DNA of 64,000 bases from Clostridia bacterium (GTDB lineage: Bacteria > Bacillota > Clostridia > Oscillospirales > CAG-272): positions 35,292 to 99,291 of the forward strand of contig JAFVRO010000022.1 in assembly GCA_017504205.1 (NCBI GenBank), in the 5' to 3' direction. Positions 26,729-35,771 of the stretch are shown piece by piece. Numbering within the stretch: the first letter of the stretch is position 1; every line of letters starts with the position of its first letter. The notes beneath the pieces are model-generated. The model was given only the letters and a program-made list of their open reading frames with translations, did not search any database and was not told the origin of the DNA. A program made the position numbers and the translations under genes.

Positions 26729-28571
26729 TGAAGTTCACCTCCTGACCAAGATAATTCTCTGCCTGACGGTGAAACATTTCAGCGTATTTGCCACCCTTGG
26801 CAAGCAGCTCCTCATGAGTACCAATCTCTGCAACCGTTCCACCGTCCATAAGTATCACCCTGTCCGCAAGAACTGCCGAAGAAAGACGGTGAGATATAAA
26901 TATCACGCTCCGCCCCTCCGTTGCCTTCATCATGCTCTCAAACATATTGTATTCCGCAATAGGGTCAAGCGCACTTGACGGCTCGTCAAGCAGTACGAAG
27001 GGACACTTGTCCGCAAATACTCTTGCAAGTGAAAGCTTTTGCTGCTCACCTATCGACAGATTTTCGCCCTTCTTATCAAATTCGCGTGTCAGTACCGTGT
27101 AAATACCCTTATCAAACGTGCCGATCTTGGTATAAGCACCGCTTTCCTTCAACGCCTCAATCACGTCCCCGTCCTCGTCATCCCCCGAAGGCCTCAGAAG
27201 CACGTTGTCCTTCACAGTCATAGAAAACATTTTGAAGTCCTGAAAGACCGTGCTGAAGCAGTCGCGCAGACCCTGAACCGGAAAGTCGCGTATGTCTCTG
27301 CCACCAATACTGATAGCCCCCGAGATCGGATCGTATAGCCTTAGCAAAAGCTTTACAAGCGTGGTCTTGCCCGAGCCGTTGCTTCCAACCAAAGCGATCC
27401 TCTCGCCCTTTTTCCATACGAAGCTTACACCGTGAAGCGTGTCGGTCGTGCTACCCTCATATCTGAAGCACAGATCCTTTACCTCCACGTCTCCGCCGTC
27501 GACGGGCGCAGGGGCGTCTCCGTCCTTTATGGTCGGCTCGTAATCAAGGAAATAACGAATGTCCTCAAGGAACAGAGCATGCTCTCCGAACTCGGCAAAA
27601 TTCTGTACCAGATTGTTCAGACAGTACGATATCGTGCCGATAGATCCAAGCACCACGATGCAGTCCCCGACACTCATTCCGCCATTTGCCACACCGACAC
27701 CGAGCGCACGGTATACCGAATACGCAGTGGCGCCGAGAACGGTCACTACCTCAAGCCCAATGCTTTGGATATACCCGAATACAGCCTGCCGCGTTCCGTA
27801 CTTCAAGGTAAGCTTTTTGAAATCACGAAACGTCTCTCTCAGGTCTCGTAGCATATTCACGTACATCCCACCTATACGCATCTCCTTTGCGTATTCGCCA
27901 AGATAGAATGTGCGCTTGACGTAGCTTACACGCCGCGTTATTGGCTTTTTGCCTGCCTCAAGATCGTGCTTCGCAATATTCTCAAGTCTGCGGAATATTC
28001 CAAGCACGAGAGGGAAGAGCGCGAACAGTATAAGATACGGGTCAATTACGAATAGCAGAATCGAGTTGGCAGCAAGTGCAACCACGCGAGCGATAAGATT
28101 ATCAAGCGTCTGCATGACCTTTATCATTCTGTCATACGCCTCGTCCATCGCCCTGACGTACTTGTCATAGAACGTCGGATTTTCATAACAGGCAAGCTCC
28201 ACCTGGGCGGACTTTTTGAATAGCATCTTCTCAACGTAAGCCCCGACACGCTTTCTTTGTATCGGAGCGGGAACGTTCCAGAACCAGCTGAAGTAAAAGT
28301 ACGCAAGCAGACATATCGTACCGAGTATTGCAACGCCCTTCATAATGATCGCAATATCAGTACCCGCCTCAAGCTCGTTGACTATCCTCCTGAGAAGGTA
28401 TCCGCCACTCAGAAAATCCAGCAGGCCGTATACGACGGACGACCCGAGATAGACCGCAAGATATATCGGCGAGGCACGTCCTATTGCCCTTAATGCGAAA
28501 AGATTGTTTGAGGCGCTTCTCCTGAACGGAAGCCGCTTCTTCTTTTCCTTGACTTTTTTCTCCTTTTTCAA
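26721..28571 (-). CDS. ABC exporter, fused TMD-NBD half-transporter (first subunit; TTG start)
   Basis: Walker A GSNGSGKTT, degenerate signature LSIGEQQKLSLARVF, Walker B FVLLDEPSSALD. 8-nt overlap with the downstream partner. Confidence 0.9.
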   Translation of the reverse strand: MKKEKKVKEKKKRLPFRRSASNNLFALRAIGRASPIYLAVYLGSSVVYGLLDFLSGGYLLRRIVNELEAGTDIAIIMKGVAILGTICLLAYFYFSWFWNVPAPIQRKRVGAYVEKMLFKKSAQVELACYENPTFYDKYVRAMDEAYDRMIKVMQTLDNLIARVVALAANSILLFVIDPYLILFALFPLVLGIFRRLENIAKHDLEAGKKPITRRVSYVKRTFYLGEYAKEMRIGGMYVNMLRDLRETFRDFKKLTLKYGTRQAVFGYIQSIGLEVVTVLGATAYSVYRALGVGVANGGMSVGDCIVVLGSIGTISYCLNNLVQNFAEFGEHALFLEDIRYFLDYEPTIKDGDAPAPVDGGDVEVKDLCFRYEGSTTDTLHGVSFVWKKGERIALVGSNGSGKTTLVKLLLRLYDPISGAISIGGRDIRDFPVQGLRDCFSTVFQDFKMFSMTVKDNVLLRPSGDDEDGDVIEALKESGAYTKIGTFDKGIYTVLTREFDKKGENLSIGEQQKLSLARVFADKCPFVLLDEPSSALDPIAEYNMFESMMKATEGRSVIFISHRLSSAVLADRVILMDGGTVAEIGTHEELLAKGGKYAEMFHRQAENYLGQEVNFNG

Positions 28572-28604
28572 TTATGTCACCTCCGTGAACTGAACTGCGC
28601 CGTA

Positions 28605-28666
28605 AAAAACAAAAAAGCACCCACGAAGGATGCACGAAAAAAGCACATCCTGATGCGGATGTGCAT
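28605..28666 (-). terminator. Two tandem intrinsic terminators in the 5' leader of the ABC exporter operon (attenuator); coordinates +/-1
   Basis: The minus strand reads GCACATCC-GCATCA-GGATGTGC-TTTTTT, then GCATCC-TTCGT-GGGTGC-TTTTTTGTTTTTT. Confidence 0.6.
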
Positions 28667-28702
28667 AAATAATAATCTATTCACCCGAAAAGAGAAAAGG
28701 CT

Positions 28703-28786
28703 TTAAAAGCAAAATACACGGGCGATAGATACGACATCCGAACTGTATGAAAAATAATTAACTGTTGCTAAAGACCTGAGCTTCAT
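28703..28786 (-). CDS. Candidate 27-codon leader peptide (MKLRSLATVNYFSYSSDVVSIARVFCF); coordinates +/-1
   Basis: Strong RBS AAAGGAGG 7 nt upstream of the ATG. It lies between a consensus promoter and the tandem terminators. Confidence 0.45.
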   Translation of the reverse strand: MKLRSLATVNYFSYSSDVVSIARVFCF

Positions 28787-28834
28787 ATCTGTCGCCTCCT
28801 TTCTCTGAATTTTGTTTTTTACAACGACCTCTAA

Positions 28835-28863
28835 AGTATATCACCGTATAACCGTTTTGTCAA
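28835..28863 (-). promoter_or_regulatory. Sigma-A type promoter of the leader/ABC exporter operon
   Basis: The minus strand reads TTGACA, 17 nt, TATACT. Confidence 0.6.
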
Positions 28864-28961
28864 TACTTTTTGGAAGATTTTTTCGTTATATATTGCAATA
28901 AAATAAAAAACTGCTCTCGGTAGCGCGGGAGCAGTCTTTTGATATTTGATCCGAGGTCAGA

Positions 28962-29135
28962 TTATAACTGACCCGTAATGAAGAATATAAAGTAAGTCAT
29001 AACTCCCAGAACCATAAGCGCCGAAAGCACCATGGCAAGTATGCGGTAGAATTTTTTTAATGCCGCCGCCTCGCGTGCCTTGGTTTCCTTTTCAGCTTGT
29101 CTTGGGTCAACGCCCTTTCTTTTTTTCTTGGCCAT
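28962..29135 (-). CDS. Small C-terminally anchored membrane protein (57 aa; below the ORF-track cutoff)
   Basis: Manual translation gives MAKKKRKGVDPRQAEKETKAREAAALKKFYRILAMVLSALMVLGVMTYFIFFITGQL. RBS GGAGG lies upstream and a hairpin terminator (actgctc/gagcagt plus T-run, about 28905-28940) lies downstream. Confidence 0.45.
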   Translation of the reverse strand: MAKKKRKGVDPRQAEKETKAREAAALKKFYRILAMVLSALMVLGVMTYFIFFITGQL

Positions 29136-29221
29136 CTCAAACGCCTCCGTTCAAATCAAAATTTGTTTATTATTGTCTTGTGATTATTCTTTCTAATTAC
29201 TTGTACGTTGATGTGAGAATA

Positions 29222-31456
29222 TTAAAGCCCCAGCTTTTCTGTCACCGCGTCGGGAAGTGCCGCTCCCGTCGCAGGAAGCTTGATTTTATTGAGCCCTTTT
29301 ACGCCGCCGATCACATCGTCATCGGGCTTCTTCATCACACTGACTACCTTGTGTCCACCCTTGAGCGAAATAACCGTGCTTCCTCCCGAGGTTCGCGTGG
29401 TTTTTTCGGGCAAAAGTGAAGGCTTTATTACGATCGCTTTTTTGTCAGATCCAACGATCATCATTTCAGTAATATCGCTTTCAAAAAACGCCCCAACTAT
29501 CGGAGAGGCATCGGAAAATGCCTTTACAAGCTTTTTCCTGGGAGTCTTTGTTTCATAACAACTCAACGGAACACGGACGCCCTTGCCGTTCTCAAAGACG
29601 AATACCATGTGCTTTTTTTCGCTGAATCCGTCAAGCAACATCATATATATGGGCTTTTCGCCACTCTCCATCCCAAGCTTTGCCGGCATAAAGTCGCCGA
29701 GTGCCGACGCCTTGGAACAGTCAAAATCACTTACCTTAAAACGGTAAAGATTGCACATAGATCCGAACAGAAGTATCTCCGCCGTGTTCGTTGCGTCAAA
29801 TACCTGGAGCAACTCATCTCCGTCCTTGTTGGCGGTGATCTCATCGTTACCTCTGAGTGATTGGAAGGTTATCTTCTTGAAGTATCCCTCCTTGGTGATT
29901 GCGAGACGCACCTTGTAATCGTCAATAAATTCCTCCTCGCGGTATACCTCAATGTCCTCCTCGGCCATTATCTGCGAAAGTCTCGGCTTGCCGTACTTCT
30001 TCTTGACCTCCTGAAGCTCCTTGATAATGTACGCCTTTTGCTTTAGCTCGTCCGCAATGGTAGCCTCAAGCTCTGCGATCTCCTTTTGAAGTCCCTCAAT
30101 ATCGGCAATACGGTTGAGAATATACTCGCGGTTAAGATTTCTGAGCTTTATTTCGGCAATGTAATCCGCCTGTATCTTGTCTATGCTAAAACCGGTCATA
30201 AGATTGGGAACAACGTCCGCCTCCTTTTCGGTGCGGCGTATAATGCGTATCGCCTTGTCAATGTCAAGCAGTATAGCACCAAGACCTAACAGCAAATGAA
30301 GCCTATCCTTCTTTTTGCCAAGCTCAAATATCAGTTTTCTCTTGAGACATTCAAGCCTGAATCTGATCCACTCGTTGAGTATTCCAACAACTCCAAGCTG
30401 CATAGGGACCGAGCCTACGAGAATATTGAAGTTGCACTTGAAGGAGTCCTCAAGTGGCGTCAGCTTAAATAACTTCAACATCAGCTTGTCGGGGTCAACA
30501 CCTTTTTTCAGATCGAGCGTGAGCTTGAAGCCACTCAGGTCTATCTCGTCGCGGAAATCACTGACCTCACGAAGCTTTCCCGCCTTTGCAAGCTCATCAA
30601 GCTTTTTCATTATCGGCTCTATCGTGGTCGATTCGGGAATCTCTATGATGTCAATACAGTTCTGCGATTTGTCGTAACGGTAACGCGCGCGGATCTTGAA
30701 AGAGCCTGTGCCGTTTTCATATATGCGCTCCATTCCCGCACGGTTGTATATTACCGTGCCACCGCCGGAAAGATCGGGAGCCTTGATGATCTCCATAATC
30801 TGCTCCGTCGTCGTTTTTGGGTTGCGTAATAGGGCAATGGTACCGTCACAAACCTCGCCGAGGTTGAATGAACAGATATTTGATGCCATACCGACCGCTA
30901 TACCCGTGTTTGGCATAACTAAAATGTTGGGGAAAGTAGTAGGAAGCAGTGTTGGCTCCTGAAGCGTACCGTCATAGTTGTCAACCATATCTACCGCGTT
31001 ATAGTCAATATCCTTGAAAAACTCCGCGCATATCTGCGCAAGTTTTGCCTCAGTGTATCTCGACGCCGCATATTTCATCTCCGTCGAATAGTGCTTACCA
31101 AAGCTTCCCTTTGAGTCAACAAGCGGATGAAGCAGCGTCTCGTTACCCTGCGTCAGACGTACCATCGTCTCATATATCGCCTGGTCTCCATGCGGGTTGA
31201 GCTTCATAGTCTGACCTACAATATTCGCGCTCTTTGTGCGAGGACCCGTCAGAAGTCCCATCTTGTACATTGTGTAGAGAAGCTTTCTGTGTGACGGCTT
31301 CAGTCCGTCTATCTCCGGGATAGCTCTTGATATAATGACACTCATAACGTATGGCATGTAGTTTTTCTCGAGCGTTTCCGTTATAGGTTGATCTTGTATA
31401 GGGGCGTGTACTATCTCTATTTCCTCTTCGGATTTTCCACGTCTTTTCTTTGCCAT
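29222..31456 (-). CDS. Type IIA DNA topoisomerase subunit A (ParC/GyrA-like, 744 aa)
   Basis: RAIPEIDGLKPSHRKLLY, NPHGDQAIYETMVRL and the active-site Tyr context AASRYTEAKL. Confidence 0.85.
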   Translation of the reverse strand: MAKKRRGKSEEEIEIVHAPIQDQPITETLEKNYMPYVMSVIISRAIPEIDGLKPSHRKLLYTMYKMGLLTGPRTKSANIVGQTMKLNPHGDQAIYETMVRLTQGNETLLHPLVDSKGSFGKHYSTEMKYAASRYTEAKLAQICAEFFKDIDYNAVDMVDNYDGTLQEPTLLPTTFPNILVMPNTGIAVGMASNICSFNLGEVCDGTIALLRNPKTTTEQIMEIIKAPDLSGGGTVIYNRAGMERIYENGTGSFKIRARYRYDKSQNCIDIIEIPESTTIEPIMKKLDELAKAGKLREVSDFRDEIDLSGFKLTLDLKKGVDPDKLMLKLFKLTPLEDSFKCNFNILVGSVPMQLGVVGILNEWIRFRLECLKRKLIFELGKKKDRLHLLLGLGAILLDIDKAIRIIRRTEKEADVVPNLMTGFSIDKIQADYIAEIKLRNLNREYILNRIADIEGLQKEIAELEATIADELKQKAYIIKELQEVKKKYGKPRLSQIMAEEDIEVYREEEFIDDYKVRLAITKEGYFKKITFQSLRGNDEITANKDGDELLQVFDATNTAEILLFGSMCNLYRFKVSDFDCSKASALGDFMPAKLGMESGEKPIYMMLLDGFSEKKHMVFVFENGKGVRVPLSCYETKTPRKKLVKAFSDASPIVGAFFESDITEMMIVGSDKKAIVIKPSLLPEKTTRTSGGSTVISLKGGHKVVSVMKKPDDDVIGGVKGLNKIKLPATGAALPDAVTEKLGL

Positions 31457-31469
31457 TTCTTACCTCATC

Positions 31470-32561
31470 TTAAATTAAATTGTTTCCCTTCATACCTGAA
31501 GGGATATATTTTACCGTGTGCGCCGCGGCGCGTATCATTCTGTTGTATAATGCAAGTCCTATCCCATCCTTTTGGGGTAAATGCGCGTAAATAATTGACG
31601 GGGAAAGCTTGTCCGCATCGCGCAGAGCAGAGAATAGCTTGTGTGCCTGCGCTTGCGCGTCATTCATTCGTCCTATGTCAATAATTCTCTCCGACGGCAG
31701 AAGCCCCGTTTCCTCGGTGTAACACAGTATCAGACAGTCCGAGCGCTGTGACTCCGCCTTCAGAAACTCAATAACGTCCTCCTCCTTGCCGTCAAGCAAT
31801 ACAACGGGCGCATCAGGAGCGTAGTGACGGTACTTCATTCCGGGAGATAGCGGCCGCTCGTCCTTTGCCAGCTGCTCGGTAACAGCACTAGCAATCTCAA
31901 CTCCGTCAGTAACACAGGAAAGTGCATCGTAGGTGATGCCTCCCGGACGCAAAAGCGTCACCGTCTTTCCGTCAATCTTTATTATCGTTGACTCAAGTCC
32001 AATATCGCTTTCACCGCCGTCTATGATCATATCAACTCTGCCCATCATGTCCTCAATAACATGCTCCGCGCATGTTGGTGACGGCTTTCCCGATAGATTT
32101 GCTGACGGTGCCGCAATAGGAACTCCGGCAAGACCGATCAATCTTCTTGCAACAGGATGCGACGGACACCTCAGCGCTACCGAATCAAGCCCGCCGGTCA
32201 CGGAAAAGGGAACTGTATCTTTTTTTGGCAGTATTACAGTAAGCGGCCCCGGCATAAACGCACGCGCAAACTTATAGTAAAGCTCACATGTCTTTGCATA
32301 AAGCTCGGCATCCTCAGGCTTTTCTATGTGGATTATCAAGGGATTGTCAGACGGTCGGTTCTTTGCCGCATATATTTTTCTTGCAGCATCCGCACTTGTT
32401 CCGTCAGCACCAAGACCGTATACAGTTTCGGTAGGAAAAACCACAAGTCCACCCTGCCGTATGACATCTGCAGCATTTTCAAGAGCCGTGACCGTTTCAT
32501 TTGAAAATGTTGCACTTGATATCTCTGCCGCATCTATCAGTAATATTTTGGTCTGTTTCAT
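31470..32561 (-). CDS. tsaC: L-threonylcarbamoyladenylate synthase (Sua5/YwlC type, with Sua5 C-terminal domain)
   Basis: GGLVVFPTETVYGLGAD and SANLSGKPSPT motifs. Start preferred at MKQTKIL (32561), which has a better-spaced RBS than the track start at 32594. Confidence 0.8.
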   Translation of the reverse strand: MKQTKILLIDAAEISSATFSNETVTALENAADVIRQGGLVVFPTETVYGLGADGTSADAARKIYAAKNRPSDNPLIIHIEKPEDAELYAKTCELYYKFARAFMPGPLTVILPKKDTVPFSVTGGLDSVALRCPSHPVARRLIGLAGVPIAAPSANLSGKPSPTCAEHVIEDMMGRVDMIIDGGESDIGLESTIIKIDGKTVTLLRPGGITYDALSCVTDGVEIASAVTEQLAKDERPLSPGMKYRHYAPDAPVVLLDGKEEDVIEFLKAESQRSDCLILCYTEETGLLPSERIIDIGRMNDAQAQAHKLFSALRDADKLSPSIIYAHLPQKDGIGLALYNRMIRAAAHTVKYIPSGMKGNNLI

Positions 32562-32586
32562 ATAATTATCTTCTTCCAAAGTAGAC

Positions 32587-33663
32587 TTATTCATTCTCCG
32601 CCTTCAGCTTCTCAGCAACGTCAGCGGTGATAAGCGCATCGATCATCGCACCTATGTCACCGTTTAAAAAAGCCTCCATCGAATAGACCGAAAGTCCTAT
32701 TCTGTGATCCGTTATCCTGCCCTGCGGATAATTGTAGGTGCGGATTCTCTCGCTTCTGTCACCCGTTCCGACCTGACTTCGCCGCTCGGATGCTATCATC
32801 TGGGATTGCTCTGTCTGCTTTATATCGTAAAGCTTGGCTCTGAGCATCCTCATCGCCTTCTCACGGTTCTTGAACTGACTCCGCTCCTCCTGACATTCAA
32901 TAACAATGCCACTCGGCTTGTGCGTGAGCCTGACCGCAGATTCAGTCTTGTTGATGTGCTGTCCCCCTGCGCCGCTGCTCTTGCAGCTTTCGATTTTTAT
33001 GTCGGCAGGATTGATTTCAATTTCGACGTCCTCAACCTCAGGAAGCACTGCCACCGTAACCGTTGAGGTGTGTATTCTTCCGGACGCCTCGGTCTCGGGA
33101 ACTCTTTGCACACGGTGCACTCCGCTTTCAAACTTGAATCTTGAATACGCACCGTCTCCCTCGACCATAAATGTGATCTCCTTGAAGCCACCAAGCTCCG
33201 TCTCATTCGCGTTCATAACAGACACCTTAAAGCCCTGCGTCTCGGCGTACATGTTATACATTCTGTAAAGCACCGACGCAAATAATGCGGCTTCCTCGCC
33301 ACCCGCACCGCCGCGTATCTCGACTATAACGTTTTTTTCATCGTTCGGATCTCGCGGAAGCAGCATGATCTTCAGTTCCTCTGATAACTCGTCAACGAGC
33401 GCGCGAAGTGACTTGAGCTCCTCGTTTATCATCTCATGCATGTCGGGGTCGCTTGTTTCCTCCGCCATCAGCAGCGTGTCCTCATATTCAGCCTTAGCCT
33501 TTTTTAACTGTCTGAATTTCTCAATGATGGGAGTCAATTGCTTGTATTCCTTCATTATTGCCGCGTGTCTCTCACGGTCGGAAAAAAGCTCCGGATCGGC
33601 AATCTCTGCCTCCAGACGCAAGTATTTTTCTTCTGCTTCCTGTAGCTTGTCAAACATAATCAA
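32587..33663 (-). CDS. prfA: Peptide chain release factor 1
   Basis: GGQ motif (SGAGGQHINKT) and RF1-type tripeptide region RVPETEASGRIHTS. Confidence 0.9.
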   Translation of the reverse strand: MIMFDKLQEAEEKYLRLEAEIADPELFSDRERHAAIMKEYKQLTPIIEKFRQLKKAKAEYEDTLLMAEETSDPDMHEMINEELKSLRALVDELSEELKIMLLPRDPNDEKNVIVEIRGGAGGEEAALFASVLYRMYNMYAETQGFKVSVMNANETELGGFKEITFMVEGDGAYSRFKFESGVHRVQRVPETEASGRIHTSTVTVAVLPEVEDVEIEINPADIKIESCKSSGAGGQHINKTESAVRLTHKPSGIVIECQEERSQFKNREKAMRMLRAKLYDIKQTEQSQMIASERRSQVGTGDRSERIRTYNYPQGRITDHRIGLSVYSMEAFLNGDIGAMIDALITADVAEKLKAENE

Positions 33664-33750
33664 AAACTCCCACTAAAATAAATTTGCCACTTGTAAAATA
33701 TAGTCGCTTCTCGGGAGAGCGGGCTCTCCCGAGATGCGTGAACAAACAGA

Positions 33751-35124
33751 TCAATATTTGCAGAATGCGCTGAATGCCCGATAGGTCTCGTAAAGATCAA
33801 CCTTTGAGATGACCTCGCACGGGGCGTGCATGGAGATTACAGGAACACCCAGATCAACCGTGTCAATGTTGTATTCCGCAATGAATTTTGCAACGGTTCC
33901 TCCGCCGCCAACGTCAACCTTTCCAAGCTCACCGGTTTGCCAGATAACGCCGTCCTTGGCCATTATCTGCCTGAGCCAACCAATGTATTCAGCACTTGCA
34001 TCACTTGTGCCACTCTTTCCGCCGGCTCCCGTGTACTTCATAAGAATTACACCGCAGTTAAGAAGAGCCGAATTGCGCTTTTCAAATACCTGTGAGAAAT
34101 TGGGGTCATACGCCGCAGAAACATCCGCAGACAGACACTTAGAGTTTGCCCTGACGATGGAAGGTGTGCCACCAAGCGCGTTGGCAATAATATCAATGAG
34201 ATCACTCATAAGCGAGTTTTTCATACCGGTTGAACCCTCACTTCCGGTCTCCTCTTTGTCTGCAAGTATGCACATAAGCGTATGCTCGCCACCTGCATTT
34301 TCGAATATCGCACTCATAGAAGGATATGCACAGACCTTGTCATCGTGACCGTATGCACCGATAAGTGAACGGTCAAATCCTATGTCACGCGCGTTAGCGG
34401 CAGGTACACAGCAAAGCTCTGCCGAAAGGAAATCCTCCTCGGTTATTCCGTACTTGTCGTTGAGTATCTTAAGCACGTTAAGCTTTATAAGATCAGAGCC
34501 CTCCTCGCCGTCAATCGGTCTGCTTCCAACGAGTATGTTGAGATTTTCCGCAGGGAACGCATCGGCTACGGTCTTGGCGTTGGTAGCACGTCCAAGATGG
34601 GGAAGAAGATCGTTTATATAGAATATAGGATCATCCGCGCTGTCGCCAATAGCAATATCTACCTTGGTACCGTCAGCCTTGATAACTACACCGTGAAGTG
34701 CTAAGGGAAGTGCCATCCATTGATACTTACGGATACCTCCGTAGTAATGAGTCTTGAAAAAACTCATTCCGTCTGCCTCGTAAAGAGGGCAGGGCTTAAG
34801 ATCTACTCTTGGAGAGTCTATGTGAGATGCCGCAATTCTTATACCGTTGTTAATATGCTCGGTTCCGATTGAAAAAAGGAAAAGATTCTTTCCTCTGTTG
34901 TTGAAATAAAACTTGTCGCCAACCGCAATAGGTGCGCCAAGCACGTATTCCTTAAATCCATTTTTCTCGGCAAGCGCGATAGCACTGATAACTGCCTCTC
35001 GCTCCGTCTTTGAAGCATCAAGATATTCAACGTATCCCTTAGCATATTCATACGCCGCCTCAATAATCTCATTTGACGCGCATTCATAGACGGTCTTCTT
35101 TTTGTAAACCAATTCTTCTCTCAT
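33751..35124 (-). CDS. M18 family aminopeptidase
   Basis: SHIDSPRVDLKP, HDDKVCAY and MHAPCE blocks. Start trimmed to MREELVY. Confidence 0.75.
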   Translation of the reverse strand: MREELVYKKKTVYECASNEIIEAAYEYAKGYVEYLDASKTEREAVISAIALAEKNGFKEYVLGAPIAVGDKFYFNNRGKNLFLFSIGTEHINNGIRIAASHIDSPRVDLKPCPLYEADGMSFFKTHYYGGIRKYQWMALPLALHGVVIKADGTKVDIAIGDSADDPIFYINDLLPHLGRATNAKTVADAFPAENLNILVGSRPIDGEEGSDLIKLNVLKILNDKYGITEEDFLSAELCCVPAANARDIGFDRSLIGAYGHDDKVCAYPSMSAIFENAGGEHTLMCILADKEETGSEGSTGMKNSLMSDLIDIIANALGGTPSIVRANSKCLSADVSAAYDPNFSQVFEKRNSALLNCGVILMKYTGAGGKSGTSDASAEYIGWLRQIMAKDGVIWQTGELGKVDVGGGGTVAKFIAEYNIDTVDLGVPVISMHAPCEVISKVDLYETYRAFSAFCKY

Positions 35125-35168
35125 GATAAAGCATCCTTTCTTTGCGTTGGTCCGCATTAAATTGTATG

Positions 35169-35753
35169 TTAATAATATAATTTCGTATAATTGTCTATAG
35201 CCTCATTTACGGACTTGACGTATTCATCTGTAGTGACCTGCGGATATTTAATAAGCGTTCCGTTTTCATCTACATTTGAGGCATCGGTATGCCATTCATT
35301 TACCGTATCAATTCCTGCGTCATACGCCGCAAAGCAGGTATCCCATACGCCGTAAATACCGTGAAGGTAGGAAATATAGTAGGTTCCGTATCTGATGTTT
35401 ATCTCAGGGGAGTAGAGCATCCCGCTTTCAAGCTCCTCCTTCAGAAGCTCGCGACTGATCCATTCAAAAGTATCTGCATTTATTTGCATTAACCCTATCT
35501 CACCGTTATCTGAGACAAGATCGCTTGCAAAATTACTCTCGACCTTGATTATTGAATAAATTATATGCTCGGGAATACCGTATTCTGCAGAATATTTTTG
35601 AATATATTCACCGTATGCCTCAGGCCTCGGATACTCCTTCTTCTCAACCGAGACCATGACCGCATCAAACGCAAATCCAAAGCCTATTGAAAGCCCAATG
35701 ACCAATACGACTGCGACACAACGGTATATGAATAACTTGATCGCCTGACTCAT
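35169..35753 (-). CDS. Lytic transglycosylase (SLT domain), membrane-anchored
   Basis: N-terminal TM helix. Catalytic block IIKVESNF..GEIGLMQI. Confidence 0.75.
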   Translation of the reverse strand: MSQAIKLFIYRCVAVVLVIGLSIGFGFAFDAVMVSVEKKEYPRPEAYGEYIQKYSAEYGIPEHIIYSIIKVESNFASDLVSDNGEIGLMQINADTFEWISRELLKEELESGMLYSPEINIRYGTYYISYLHGIYGVWDTCFAAYDAGIDTVNEWHTDASNVDENGTLIKYPQVTTDEYVKSVNEAIDNYTKLYY

Positions 35754-35771
35754 ATGATCCCTCCCGGCACT

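Noticed and set aside
28498-28502. Possible frameshift in an A-run near the 5' end of the first ABC exporter gene. By manual counting I read five A's, whereas the ORF-track frames require four.
   Set aside because: The computed ORF track shows an intact 616-aa ORF, and a second ORF in another frame is consistent with the same coordinates. I attribute the discrepancy to my hand counting. It is why coordinates for hand-called features between about 28500 and 29050 are given as +/-1.
31470-32594. Track start (MNKSTLEEDNY...) for the Sua5/TsaC gene, overlapping the prfA stop.
   Set aside because: The RBS spacing for that ATG is essentially zero. The ATG at 32561 has a purine-rich RBS at proper distance. 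Both remain possible, so the shorter form is annotated with reduced certainty.
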